DNA from: Euglena gracilis
Taxonomy: Eukaryota
NCBI GenBank assembly: GCA_039621445.1
Contig: CP154954.1
Coordinates: 9,550,634-9,614,633 of the forward strand
Direction: 5' to 3'
Length of the DNA stretch: 64,000 nucleotides
Shown: in pieces, positions 23,601-36,700 of the stretch
Layout of the letters: the number at the start of each line of letters is the position of its first letter
Position numbering within the stretch: the first letter of the stretch is position 1
Program-made: the position numbers and the translations under genes
The notes under the pieces: model-generated
Databases searched by the model: none
What the model was told of the DNA's origin: nothing
Seen by the model: the letters and a program-made list of their open reading frames with translations, nothing else

Positions 23601-26600
23601 AAACCATATGTGATAACTTAAATAACACGAAGCTTTGAACAAGGGGGAAAATTGGTTCCCCCGGGGGGAGGGGGCATTAGAACCCCGGGGGGTAATGTCC
23701 TCTGCTTGAGAAGTTCCCTGAATGCCTGAAAATTCTCACTATGCACATTGTTCATTGTCGACCCAGCCCCCTTCAACAACCAATGAAATGCAAACCTGCT
23801 TCCGTTGTTTACGTTCTTACGTATTTTTGGACGAGAAATTTTTTGTATCATAAACTTTTCTTTTTTTCAATGAATGTGATGTTGTTCCCATCAAGGATTC
23901 CCATCAAGGATTGCAAAATGGCACACTGCTCTGCCTAATGCAAACTGTTGAAACAAAAGATTCTGTAAACATCTTCCTGGTAAGAGTATGCCCCCATTCA
24001 GAAACTTTCAACTTGCAGGTCAGTCAGTGCCGGGGACCGTACCAACTTCCTGTAGCCACATATTGGCTGCCAGCAAGACAGTTTTCAGGGTGGACGCTGA
24101 CAGGGTCTCGGGGATAACAGTTTCCCGGGGGGGGGGGGGGGGGTGAGCACTCTGGTGCGGAATCCGGCAGAATTAGTTGAAAAAGTTGCTGCCAAGATAT
24201 GCAACAAATGCAAAGTATCCCAAATCTTGTTTTGCAAAAACTGCAAATCATCAGGGTTTTTCGGACGACGGAAAAACTTCCTCCAATTTGTGCACCTTTC
24301 ATTTTCTACCCTGAATGGCTTTCGCCTGAACAATCATTTTGCAAAAAAGCCGATATTGCCACAAATATCATCAAAATTTTGAAGTCAGGAGCCTAATTTG
24401 CCACGTGATCAGTGTCTTTGGGTCTTCCATTTCAGCCATGAAATGTATGTGCATTGTAGCAAATCCTACCTCCACTCACATCAGGTCACAGGTGAAAGCG
24501 GTGTGCAGCGAAACAAAGCAAAAAGCGTCGTACAAGGCGACTTCCATAACATACACGCAATGCAGTGCTCAAACCGGGAAGTGCTTTGCCTTTTGAGACA
24601 AATAAGAACACATTGAAAATGCCAGTGATTGACGGTTGAACCCAGGGGAAAGTGCATGCCAGTGTCTCGAGTTGGAGAATGATGGCATAGTGTTTGTCGT
24701 GGTGCATGCAATCAAGGAAAGACGTGGTGTCCAACTGGCCTTGTCCCCCCCCCTTGTATAATACCCTTAAGACCCTGGGGGGGGGGTGCGTAAACTAACC
24801 AGGGGTTGTGCTGAGACATGGGGGAAAATATTGACTGCAAAAAAAAAAATACGGCGCTTCGCGCCGAACAGGAAAAATAAACCTCATTTTGGAGGCCCAC
24901 TGTTGAATTTACCGGCATTTGGATGCAAAAAAAAAAATCAACCATATCTCACCAAATCAGGCTTCAGAAGTTTCTAAAATTTCGAACTTTTCCAGAAATT
25001 TATCTCATGGACGCGCACAAGTTAAGCCTCCCCGAGAAGATGACCTTTTAAAAGATGGTTCAAAACTGAGGGGTGCTTAGACGAGGGTGGCACTTAGACA
25101 AGGAGAGGGGAGGTATTTCAGAATAGAAATGAATGAATTAAAAAAATGAATAAAGCACGTTGTATTCCTCCTTTTGGGCAACGCCAAAATTTTGGGACAT
25201 GGTTTCAGGATTAGTATTACCCCCAAATTGTTCCAGTAACATAACGTAACATCCCATGGTAATGAGGCAGCCATTGGAAAGTTGCCAAACACCCATGCTG
25301 GGTTTCGTGCACTCTGTATGCTGCGGTGTTTTGAAAAGAAATGTTGATTTGTACATTTGCACACACCAACAAATGAAGAATCCTTCAGTGCAAGTTGTGC
25401 CACCCAAATGCCTCCGCATCGAACTTTCGAAACAAATTTTGTGAATGTGAGATAATTTGTTGAATCAATTTTGCTCAAGTTTCGGTCAGGCATGCTATTT
25501 AGGAGGCACAACAAACACGAGATACTTTGTAAGGGTGAGTGCCAGTGTTTCAAATTCCTCTTCCAAATAGCTGTTCCACAAATGCTTGTGAAATTGTGCA
25601 AGTGGTGGGCGTGCGCAAATGGGCAAATGGTCTGCTTGCGCATCTGTGCAAACCGACCATTTTTCCAACTCTTCGCACACGTGCCGTTTAGAGGATGCGG
25701 CATCACTGCAGTTTGGAAGTCCTTAAGTACAAATACAACTGCCGGTACCTTCCGTCCTCCGACCGGGGGGGGGGGGGGGTGATCATTGGACATGGAGTTA
25801 TGACTAAAAAGGTGTCCTCTGACTGGTCACTGGATAGGGTCAAAAAAAAGTCGGCAGGTATCCACCAACCAAAAAAGAATTTTTTTCCTTCCCATGCTCT
25901 GCACCAAAAAAATTGGCAATTCTGACAGTTTTTGCCCAAAAATAAACTGGCAAAAATGAAATTTTTGGCCAATTTTTCGACGATTTTGGACACAAGAAAT
26001 TTTCGGCCCAGCACTTCGTGCCTGGACAAATTTGGCCAACCCTCCAAAAAGGCGTCCTCCGACCAGTAGGGGGAGGTCATTGGACATGGAGGGGTTGTTG
26101 GACATGGGGGGTAAAGTAACTTCTTGGCATCGGCAGTTGAGCCTACGGGGTCGTCTACGGGACGTTCCCACGGGGTCGTCGCCTACGGGGTCGTCTACGG
26201 GACGTTCCCACGACCCACGATCCACGATTTCAGGATTTGAAAATTAAAATTTTGGTACACATGCGCCACTTTGCAAATCAACCATAAGAAATGGCTGATT
26301 TGCGCATTTGCACACACCAGCCACTCTAAAAAAAATTATCCCCGTTGCTCTTGGGAAGGGGGTCCAGCAACACAGGAATTTGGAGAGAAAAATAGCCCTG
26401 TGTCCTGGGTCAAGTTGGGCCCAACAGAGGAGGGGGCCGACTCAGGGATAACCGGACGAATCATCCAAAAAAAATTCGGGTCCAAGAATTCTCCCCCCTT
26501 TAGGTGATTCCAATAAACTTAGAGTCACCGACAACACCACACCAACTTTGAAAAGAAGGCCTGTTTCACTTTTTTTTTTCATTTCCAAACAGTAAGAAGC

Positions 26601-27233
26601 CATATGGAGTCATGGGAAACAATGAGAATAACGCGGACAGGAAAAAATGGAGAAGCAAAAGAAAAAAAAAGAGCGTCCATCGGGTTGGACGGTGGACCAG
26701 AAATGTGCACAGAAGAACAGCACACGACAAAGACATTTCTCGAGGAAAACGTTCCCCGTTGTGTATTTCGAACTGAAAAAAAAATGTGGGGGGGCAGGTT
26801 GGGCCCAGCAGAGGAGGGGGGGGGGTCAACTTTGGGGGTCAAGGAGCCAACAGCCAGGGGTTATAATAGGGGGGGGGGTCATTACATTCATTTTCCTGCT
26901 CCAAACACGCTGACATGGGAGGCTCTTGATGGTCTTAAGTGGTTGGTGTGCACAACTGCGCACACCAACCATTTGCGCATTTGTGCACATGATCATATGA
27001 CCATTTCTGCAGTTGTGTGGATGTCGCGAAGTCTTAAACATCAATCAGGTAGTGTAGGCAACTTGCCACCTGGCAGTCCTCCTGTGTGCTGTATCCCTCT
27101 CATCCACCACCAAACAAAAATGATGGAAAAGCACTCATTTTCCCCCATCATTCGTTTCCCCATCATTTTGCCATTTTGGGGAGCGACGTTTGGGCATAGT
27201 CAAATTTCATACACAAAAAAAAAGGTTGTATGG

Positions 27234-27554
27234 CATACCTACCCCCCCCCCCGGGAAACTGTCACCTGACAGGTTGGCCAGTACCGGGGACCCTGACAAC
27301 TTCCTATACTGACAGGTTGGCCAGTACCAGGGACCCTGAAAGTTTCCCGGGCGGGACCCTGACAGTTTCCCGGGTAGGGCATTTCAAGGGAAAGTCAATG
27401 AAAAATGACCCTGACAGGTTGGCCGGTACCGGGGACCCTGACAACTTCCTATACTGACAGGTTGGCTGGTACCGGGGACCCTGACAGTTTCCCGGGCGGG
27501 ACCCTGACAGGTTCTCGGGCATGACAGTTTCCCGGGGGGGGGGGGGTAGGTATG
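27234..27554. mobile_element. MITE with ~30-bp TIR and internal tandem repeats
   Basis: catacctaC(n)gggaaactgtca ... tgacagtttcccG(n)taggtatg, with internal gacaggttggcc(a/g)gtaccggggaccctgaca repeats. Related ends occur at ~4435-4550, ~7655-7695, ~24095-24143 and ~34740-34825. Confidence 0.8.
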
Positions 27555-28288
27555 GTCAAATCTGGGGCATTTTTAAAATTTTGACCAAATTTGCCAAAAA
27601 AAATGCCAATTTGGGGGTTTGGGGTCATTTTGGGGTCAGACTTTCACCAACTCTCTTGACTTATAAAAACCCCACACTTATAAACCCCCCCCTTCGGCTG
27701 ACCAACCAAACCAGATCCTATAAACCCTGTGAGATAAGTGGGGGGGGGGGGGTGCCGGGGTTTCATGTACTTTTGGTAAAAATTTCTCATTTTAAGGAGG
27801 CTAACCCCGGGGTTTCACAAATCTGCGACACCTTTCGGACGGTCAAAAACACCAACCCCTCGGTGTCGGCGCTGGAAAATAATGCAAATCAACCATTGGA
27901 GGTCCGGCGTGTTACAAGAAGTCTAAAAACCTGGAATCCTCTAAAGCAAAACAAAAGGTCTCAAAGCGCAATAATTTGAACTCAAAATGTGATCTGGTGC
28001 CCCAGGACAGGAATGTGGAAGCATGGACTTTGAAGGTTCAACACTTTCTCACTGGCACGACAATGCTGAAGTGCAAGTTACGCCGCCTAAGAGGCCCCCA
28101 TCCGGCAATGTTTAATGTGTCTGTGTTTGTTTGTTTATTTGTTTGTTTATTTATTTACGTGCGTGGGTGCAGTGGGTGGGGATGGGTGTGGGTGGTGCGT
28201 GCGAGTGTGTATGTGTGTGTACGTGCATGCGGGCGGGCGGGCAGGCGGGCGCATGCGTGCGTGTGAGTGTGTGCGTGCGGTCATGCGT

Positions 28289-28289
<1 letters not shown>

Positions 28290-28374
<85 letters not shown>

Positions 28375-28439
28375 ACGCGCGTGCGCGCGCTTGTGTGTGT
28401 GCATGTGTGCATGCGTGCGTGCGCGCTTGTGTGTGTGTG

Positions 28440-28471
<32 letters not shown>

Positions 28472-28520
28472 TGCATGCATGTGTTTGTGTGTGTGTTTGT
28501 GTGTGCGTGCGTGTGTGTGT
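28290..28520. repeat. (GT)n / (GTGC)n microsatellite
   Basis: Direct reading. Confidence 0.95.
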
Positions 28521-29136
28521 TGTTACAAGTTCACATGATTGTGTGGTTTTCCACATTCATTCACATCTTGAGGAAAGTAGCTTCCCTGACAAGTGCCAAG
28601 CTGGCACATAATACATAATGAATACAATCCGCCTAACCCTGACATAGACAAAACCTGGGCCGTGGAATTTCATCACAGGAATATTCAGGGGCATGACAGT
28701 ACGCCACCGTCACAAGTTGACCACTCATCATCCACTTGTCCAGGTCATCAAGTAGTGCTGCTGATAGCATTACGCTTCAGGAGCGGGAGGGGACGGGAGG
28801 TGTGCTGTGGGAGGTTGGATCGAGTTTGGTTGGACCGCGGCCGACCGCCGCAGACAGCTGTGGTTGGGGCCGCGGCCGGCCGCAGCCGGCCGCAGTCCAA
28901 CCATGACCAAAAATTTCCATGCGTGGTTGGATTGTCATTCGGCCGCGGCCGGCCGCGGCCTATCCGGCCGCCAACCACGGCAGGTCTGCAACGCTGTTGG
29001 TTGGAAAGGATCTGGCCGCGGCCGGCCGCGGCCACAAACTTTTCCAACCACAGGGCGGTGCGGTTGGAAATGGGTTGGCCGCGGCCAGCCGCGGTCAACG
29101 ACTGCTTTCAGCCATTTTCAACCATCAACCATTACT

Positions 29137-29218
29137 GAGCAATTACCCAAGTGGTCCAAGGCCAGGGCTGTCAAAACAGTGCATTCTGTGTGTGTGGGTT
29201 CGAATCCCACATTGCTTA
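29137..29218 (+). tRNA. tRNA-like sequence (type II, Leu-like), probably a pseudogene
   Basis: 82 nt. Acceptor GAGCAAT/ATTGCTT, A-box-like CAAGTGGTCCAAGG, perfect T arm GTGGG-TTCGAAT-CCCAC and a long variable region. The anticodon arm does not fold canonically (gctgt-caaa-acagt). Confidence 0.55.
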
Positions 29219-29261
29219 CTTTGGTAATTCTTTTCAGATCATCCAAAAATGTCAAAAAAAG

Positions 29262-29320
29262 TGAGCAGTGTGGGATTCGAACCCACGACACCGCATACAT
29301 GGACAGCTGTTAACACGGTC
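29262..29320 (-). pseudogene. 3' half of a related tRNA-like sequence
   Basis: The minus strand reads ...GTGGGTTCGAATCCCACACTGCTCA followed by T7 (Pol III terminator-like). No matching 5' acceptor strand is present. Confidence 0.5.
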
Positions 29321-29914
29321 CTACCCGTGTCTGCAAAAGGAGGGGTAAAGAACCGATGATGAAACAGGGAACAAGGAAATTCTTTAGAGATGCAAGCAAC
29401 AACAATACCGGGACCTAATAAACCCCCCCCTTCGGCCGGCCAACCGAACCCTACTGATCCTGCAAACCACGGGGGTTTACAAGTGGGGGGGGTTAATAAA
29501 AACCAAAACAAATGAAAAGACATAAAATTAAAAAAAAAATTGAAAAAAACGAATTCTAAAAATAAATAAATGAATGAATAAATAATCCAAAACGCGCACC
29601 CTACCAAAATACTTCTGTGTGTGCAAGGCAAGGATGGCCAAAACGCGCACCCTAACAAAATGCTTTTGTGTGTGCAAGGCAAGGATGGCCGAAGCGCGCC
29701 TCCCTAATGAACTCAGTCGGCCTACGGCCTCTACCGGGGGGGGCTGCCGCCCCCCCCGGACCCCCCGCCGAAAATAACAAAATATCCTTGTGTGTGCATA
29801 TGGACTTAATACAGGTGTCTGGTCGGAAAAATAGCCCATCTGTGTGTTCCACAGAGTTTGGCGGCGGGGGGCGCCTGGGGCGTCATAAATTGGCCCCTCA
29901 AAGGTACCAGCTAC

Positions 29915-30028
29915 CCCAAAGAGCCGCCCAACTAGGGTTAAAAACATGGGGGGGCGCGAGCGAGGCGCCGGAGGCGCCGAACGAGGGTCCCCCCATGTGT
30001 ATTAACCCTAGTTGGGCGGCTCTTTGGG
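29915..30028. mobile_element. Small MITE/foldback with 27-bp perfect inverted repeat
   Basis: cccaaagagccgcccaactagggttaa (29915-29941) and ttaaccctagttgggcggctctttggg (30002-30028). Confidence 0.8.
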
Positions 30029-30287
30029 TTCGCTGAGTACCTTGTAGAGACCAATCTAACAACGTTGAGCGGGAAATATTCCGCTGTTTGGACAAGAATC
30101 GTAACCCTAACCCTACTCCTTCAAATAACCTCACAAACTCTTTTTGGCCACAGTGAAACACCATCAGGAAATTCTTTTGCAGAAACACCAAAAATTAAAG
30201 AATAAAAAGAGAAATGAAAAAAAATATATAATATAAATATAAAAATAAAAATAAAAATAAAAAAGGTCACGTGAAATGACGTGACGT

Positions 30288-30560
30288 GTGGGGGGGTTTT
30301 GGGGGTTGTGGGGGGTGTGTGGGGGGTGGGGGGTGTGGGGGGTGTGTGGGGGTGTGGGGGGTGTGGGGGGGGTGTGGGGGGGTGGGGGGGGGGGGGGGGG
30401 GGGGTGGGGGGGGGGGGGGGTGGGTGGGGTGGGGGTGGGGGTTGGGTGTGGGGGGGGTGGGGGGTGGGGGGGGTGGTGGGGGGGGTGGGGGTGGTGGGGG
30501 GGTGTGGGGGGTGTGGGGTGTTGGGGGGTCTTGGGGGGGCGGTGGGGGGTTGGGGGGGGG
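30288..30560. repeat. G-rich (GnT) low-complexity tract
   Basis: About 270 bp of G runs separated by T. Confidence 0.9.
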
Positions 30561-33500
30561 TCTGGAACGGAATAACAGTGGATGGTCGGTGCTGGTTGGA
30601 ACCGCGGTCGGCCGCGGTCAGCCGCAAGAGGCCGATGCCATTCCAACCAGACCTTTGAAAATCTTTGTTTGGTTGGAAATGGGCCGGCCGCGGCCGGCCG
30701 CGGCCAGCCCACATTCCAACCAGACACTGGCTCGGTTGGAAATTTTGTCGACCGCGGCCGGCCGCGGTCGGCCGCGGCTGGCTAAATTTCCAACCATCTG
30801 AAGGAAAAAAGTGGCTTGGTTGGAACCCCAATTGGCCGCAGCCGGCCGCCAAATAGCCGTGGTTGGGGCCGCGGCCGGCCGCGGCCGCCAACCAAACTCG
30901 ATCCAACCTCCCACAGCAACCCCCCCCTTCAGGAGCAACCCCGTTGAAAATGGACCTTGAAAAACAGAGACCCAGAAAGTCACAAAATGGAGGTCTAACA
31001 CAAGATCCTGCTAGCCGACCTGCAGAAGCTTCAGGAAAAAACTGTCCCCAGCGAACTTCAAGAAGTTGTCACCTCAGAAGAGGGCTAACACAGGACCATG
31101 ACAGTTTCTCAGGCAGCTTTTCTCAAGATCCCAAAAAAAAAATCGACCCAAGGTTACCCAGAGTTCTCAGAGTCAGTAAGTTCCGCACAGACGTTGCAAG
31201 CATGTCTCCAATTTGGAATCCCACGCTTTTCAACGGAAGCCACAGCGGGGTATGCCGCTCCTGGGCACCTCAGTCGGCACCCAGTGATCGATGTGATGCT
31301 GGACACGGTGTGGCACTTCACAGGCACCACACGCATCAGCCCGCCGAAATGGGGCCTGGGCTCAACGACCCATTGTTAAGTCTTGCAGAGGGCCTACAGA
31401 GCAGAGTCCAAATCTCAGAACCCAAACTATCACTGGGGGCATGCCTTCCCCCCCAGAGGCCGGCTTCGACCAAGTTGACACCCTTAGATGAGGTCTCCAA
31501 ACTGTTGTAACAGTTCCAGGTGGGCCAACTTCCTTGGGGGAGGGGTACCTGTGGGTTTGGCCAGGGCAAATCAACAAGACCCACAGAGGAATAGGTCGCC
31601 GGACAAAAAGGTGAACTGCAACCGGGTCAGAAAACCTTCTGCGTCCACCAGTGCAGCCGTCCAGGATTCGCCCCTAGACGTGCACACAGAATGCAGATTA
31701 CGAGGGGGAAGGTGGGTCAGGACGACGTGCATATATAGACGACGTGATGGGCCCTCCGGTGGGCAGGGCATTGTTGAAAGCAATTCCGTGCTACAGGTTT
31801 CAAAAGCGATGCCTTTAGGTTGGTTGAAAAAGATGAGGGGTTGGGAATTTCGCCCCCTCGGATCAATTTCTGTTCCGCACTGAAAAAAAAGCCTTACCGG
31901 TGGTGAAATGCACACAGCGTAAACCGAAGGTCAACCGAACTGCAGAAATATCATCCTGGGACAGGACTGGCACCCCAACCACCACCACAACACGCCTGCA
32001 AGGCAATACCAGATGCAAAACAATACACCGAACTGGTCAGGGGTTCCCCTTTGGACTAAAATCTTTCCAGAGGAGAGTGGAAGTGACCTCGTCCCAACAG
32101 TGGAAGGTTGGATGTTTGGGGCCCTCATTTAGTGCTCTGGGCATAATTAGGGCAGTGCACCTAAGCAAAGGGCAGAAAACACATCCATATTGTGTATCAA
32201 ATATTCCGGCCTTCATCTTCCTCATAACAGCGTATGATGAAGAATGTGTGGTTGGTGGGTGGAGCGGTGGTTTTGACAGACTTCGTCACTCAAAAGTGCT
32301 GGCTGCCACTGGCTCTGAACAGGAAAAGAATAAAAAGAAAGGCTCAAGGACGGGACCGGGCCGACAAACCCCGCTCCAACCGCCACTCCACCACTCCGAC
32401 CACTGGGCCAGGCCACGGGGTTCACTTGGGCCAAACAATGCCTGAGCTGCAGCGTGCCACTCCCGGAGGAAAGCGGACCCCACCGGGACACAGCGGCAAA
32501 GCCGTGTGGCCCGCGGTGCCAACGTCGTTCAGTCAGTTCAGTCAGTTCAAAGATGACAAACAGGTGGATGACCTCAGTGCCATATGTACTCCGGGCGGCC
32601 AGCGCCGGCGCCACCTGTGACAGTCCACCGTTGTGACACGGTTGAGGTTTAGCAAGTTGAGCACAGGGATCTTTTTTGGGGTTTTAGACGCTTTGTGGGA
32701 CACACATGTGGGAGGCAATGGAGTGCCAACGATTAAAATGGGAATACAGAATAGACAGATTTGCAACGCAAAATGCGAGGTTTGTAGTGTGTTAATTCCA
32801 TGGCAGAGCACACTGAGAAGATCCCAACCTCACAAGAAGACATGGGGTCTCCATTAAAAAAAAAGGGTACGTTTTTTGGGTGCAACCGGTAACTTCCAAC
32901 TTTCGGGCCACTGGCCAACCACACCACCGCCATCCACACCCACGGTGGCCTAGTTGGCACACTGACGCACGTAGCACCCCGACGCCTTATCGAGCGTCTG
33001 CAGCAAAGTCCCATCCTTCACACGGACCTCTGACACCAGGCTGTCGGCAACCACAGGCTCAGCACGCAGCAGGTGGGCCTCCCGGCGGAAGCCAAGTGGG
33101 CACCGACAATGGTGGGGGGGGGGCCTAATTGGACTCCAACACCAGAAGTGTGAACGCCCTGGTGGGGGGGTTGGCCGAGCAGGTACCCCGCCGGAGGCAG
33201 GGTTTTCTATATTTTTACATATATATTTATATTTTTATATTTTATATTATTTTTTTACATCATATATATTTTATGTATATTTATATATATGATAGCAATT
33301 CCAACGATATTCCAACGATAGCAAAAGGCACTTCCCTGGAAGCCAATATTAACATGGACATAATGGGTGGGGGGTCTTTACAGTGCAGCCCTGCCTGTCA
33401 TTGGGGGATGCCAGCAACCAATGCGGACAGGGCAGGCCGGAATTGTTCTCCATCCGACAGCAGAAAAGCAGTCCACCCACCCTGATGAGGGTTCCTTCGA

Positions 33501-33769
33501 ATTTGTTGATGTTGTCTTGGAGCGAAGCTCCCCTGTGTCCCAGCAATCAACCACCTGGCCATAGAACACTGTTTTGAACGTTACTTCGACACGGCGCGAG
33601 GAAAGACTCTTTCAGTGCCGTCGATGGCAAAGGAAAATGACCTTAAAATTGGCGCACCCAGAATACATGAAGAGGGGGTTGGACTCCCAGAATAGAGGGG
33701 GGGGGGTGTTGACCCCCGTACAGCCCTGCCGATGGATTAAAGCCGCACATTCTGTGAGTGACGCTGCGT

Positions 33770-36700
33770 GCTGCTCGCGGGTCAGGCGTTTGGCGCCCTG
33801 CAGGGACCTCACAGGGCGTGGGGAACGAGGCAGTTTTGCAGATTGGGAAATGGCTGGCGAATGAAGGTGCGCTATGGGGGGTACACATTGAAAAAATATA
33901 CCAAAGACTGCCATTTGGCTGAATTGGAGCACCGTTGATGGCACACACCGGCGTTTCTCCATTCAACGGCAGCGGGTCAAACCTGCCAACCGCAGTTGAC
34001 CTGGGGGGGGGGGGGGTGAGGGGGTTCCCAAGAACCCAAGAACCCCAGGTCACTACGTCCTGGCCAAAATTCGGAAATTTTATCAGGGGTTTTCGGCCAA
34101 TTTTGGGAGGGGTCTTTTCAGTGCATTACTGAAACAATAAATTGGGAAGCTATCTTTTCGTTCGTGATTTCTGGTTGGAAAATCTTGAAATGTTGTTGGG
34201 ATATGTTGGGATCTGTCCGGGTTTGTCAGGATGATTTGTTGGTCCGCACCTCCGGGAGATCCAAAGACTGCGGGGTGAGTTTCCCCGATCGTTATTTAGA
34301 AGGATTTGATTGAGGCAAATGATGCGTGGTACACAATGCCGTGAAATCAAAATATGTGAGTTCCTTGTCCGGACAGTTTCGGTGTAACTTGACCCCTCCT
34401 GTTTGTCACCCTTCGAGCTCCACCATTGGCAATGACAGTTGTTTGCTGGCAACCAACCTCCTAATTGGCACCTGCCAGATCACACACCCCTTCAAACCTG
34501 TGTGTCTCCCTTGAAAAAATGAGGTGCCTGATTGTCCAGTGGCTGCCCGGGTTCTACGCTGCCAGCCTTGCTGTCCTCCTCGGTGGACGACTAGAGTACA
34601 GGACTCCTCCGTTGCATCATCTGGGCGCCACGGATGCGGACACATCCGCATTCACTCCGCGCTTTTTCACAGACACGAGTGGCGCATTTTGCTCCAAGAC
34701 TTTGCTGCAAGACCTTCTCCCTCGGACCCGGACCCGAGAACAGGTCAGCAAGTACAGTACAGCAAGTACAGGGCGTTGATAACAGTTTTCCAGGGAGGGC
34801 AGCTTCCGAGGGGGGGGGGGGGGTAGACCAACACAAAAAATGTCTGCCCCAGACGAGTTGGGGGCCAGGAGGCTGCCTGGGCCGGCTCGCCGCCGCACCG
34901 CAAAGCCCAGCCGGGCCGCAAAGCCCGGCCGCCGTCGGGGCGCGGGGTCCACCGGAGTCACGACCAGCAGGGGGAGGGCCCCCCTCGGCTCACTGGGGTG
35001 GGCGGAGGTGGGGCGGCGGTGGGGGACGGGGCGCCGGGAGTCGCGCCCCGGGGGGAGCCGGCAGTCGGAGAAGGCCTAGTTTGGGGGGGGGGACCCTCAC
35101 CCACCACGGCACCTCGCAGGTGAAAACTCATGCAGCGGTGAAAAGGAACATTTTGGCTTCAAAACTAGCGCGCACAGAAACGTGGAAAGGCCTGAAGGTC
35201 GGACCCCCCCCAGCCACCGACCGGGATGAGGGGGAGGGGGTTGCCCCCCCTACCACCCATCCCTTGGAATCCCTTTTGGAGCCCTGCGGATCAGGCACCC
35301 ACCCACCAAACCACTTTGCGGGGGTTCAAGATTGGGGCAAAGAAATTTTCGGCAGTTCGCAAAAAAAAAAATGGAAGTCCTCTCCAGGAGGGGGGACAGA
35401 ACATGGACCCTCCAAAAACGCGACATGAAAACGCAAAAAAAAGGAAATAAACACAAATAAATGCAAGTTGCATATAAACTCCTTCACGAGCTCCCCCGGG
35501 ATGGAGACTTTTCTGCTGCAAAATAACTTCGAAAAATATCAGGTTCTCCAGAGAAACTTTTTCATTGTGCAACTGATTTTGATAGATTTTTGATAGACTT
35601 TGGGATTGTGCCAATTCCAGTATCACACAATTTGTTGGTAAAAAAAACCCCTAGAATCTCGGCCCAACCCACACCCCGACACCAACAACATAAAGAAAAG
35701 AATCATACAGGAAATGACTGTGGGACGTCCACCCTGTTCGCCAGAGACAAAACGGAAATCCAAAATCCAAAATCTGTCCAGGTTCGACCGATTGTGAGGT
35801 CAGCTGGCCTCCTGCATGTTGGGTTGGCTTTTCCCGGAGGTTCCTGAAGGCAGATGAGAGGCACTGCAAGACCAAGAATACCTGAGACGGGGGTGGGGGC
35901 GACTCCGTGCTCCTTCCGGTGCCGGGCAACTGGCCGGCAGAGCGCGGGACCGCGGACCCCATGCCTGCAGAGCTGGCCGGTGGCGGCCGGGGTGCGGCAC
36001 AGAGGCTTTGTTTTGTTCTTTTCAAGGAACCGGGTTGGGGGGGGTCGGCACCCAATGAACCTGAGGGGGGCATCTGGGTGTTTGTGGGCAGAGGTCTTTT
36101 TTTAGGACCCGGGGGGACCAGACCCACCCACCCCCCCCCAGGGGGGGGAGCCCATGGGGGGGGGGGGGGGGCTCGGCGGGCCTCTTTTAGGGTGTCAATT
36201 TTGGAGTCCCAAATTTTGGGACTAGATGGAAACTCCTGTGGAGCCTGTGTGTAACGCCTGTGGGGTGTCCGTTCGGCCCACCCCCCCCTGGGTCACCAAA
36301 CTTAAATAAAAAAAAAGAATCTCTGGTTGGGGGGGGGGGGGGCAGCGCTGTGAGGGGATTCGCCAAAACGTCGGCACTTCACGTCAAAAATAGTGGAAAC
36401 CTGTGGGAGGTGGTGCCCACCAGCCGGACTCGCAGCCGTGGGGGGGGGAAGGTGCACTCCCCCGGTGACCAAGCTGTAAAAAATCTCTGGAGCAGTTGTT
36501 TAAAAGACCCCGGGGAGAGGAGGGGATCACATCATTTCCAAAAAAAAAATTTCCGCCCGTGTTGGGGGGGAGGGGTCTTCTGAATTAAAAAGAAGCCTAA
36601 GTGGGGCGGCTGGGGAAGCGGCGGTGGTGCTGGGGCGTGTGGGGGCAGACCGGCGCCGTTTGCACTCTGCCGGGGGAACGGTGAGGAGCCGGCGGTGGCT

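Larger units (their letters stand above)
28803..30918. mobile_element. Non-autonomous TIR element (~2.1 kb) with 31-bp perfect TIR and subterminal GGCCGCGGCCG/GGTTGG repeat arrays
   Basis: tgctgtgggaggttggatcgagtttggttgg (28803-28833) is the exact reverse complement of 30888-30918. Repeat arrays lie at 28834-29100 and 30590-30887. Confidence 0.8.

Noticed and set aside
29137-29218. Functional tRNA-Sec (TCA) or tRNA-Asp (GTC)
   Set aside because: Neither register gives a paired anticodon stem, and the acceptor/T-arm geometry is 7/5 rather than Sec-type.
31000-32250. Retroelement remnant (VQHHID, ALVDAEG)
   Set aside because: These are isolated short matches with no ordered motif series.
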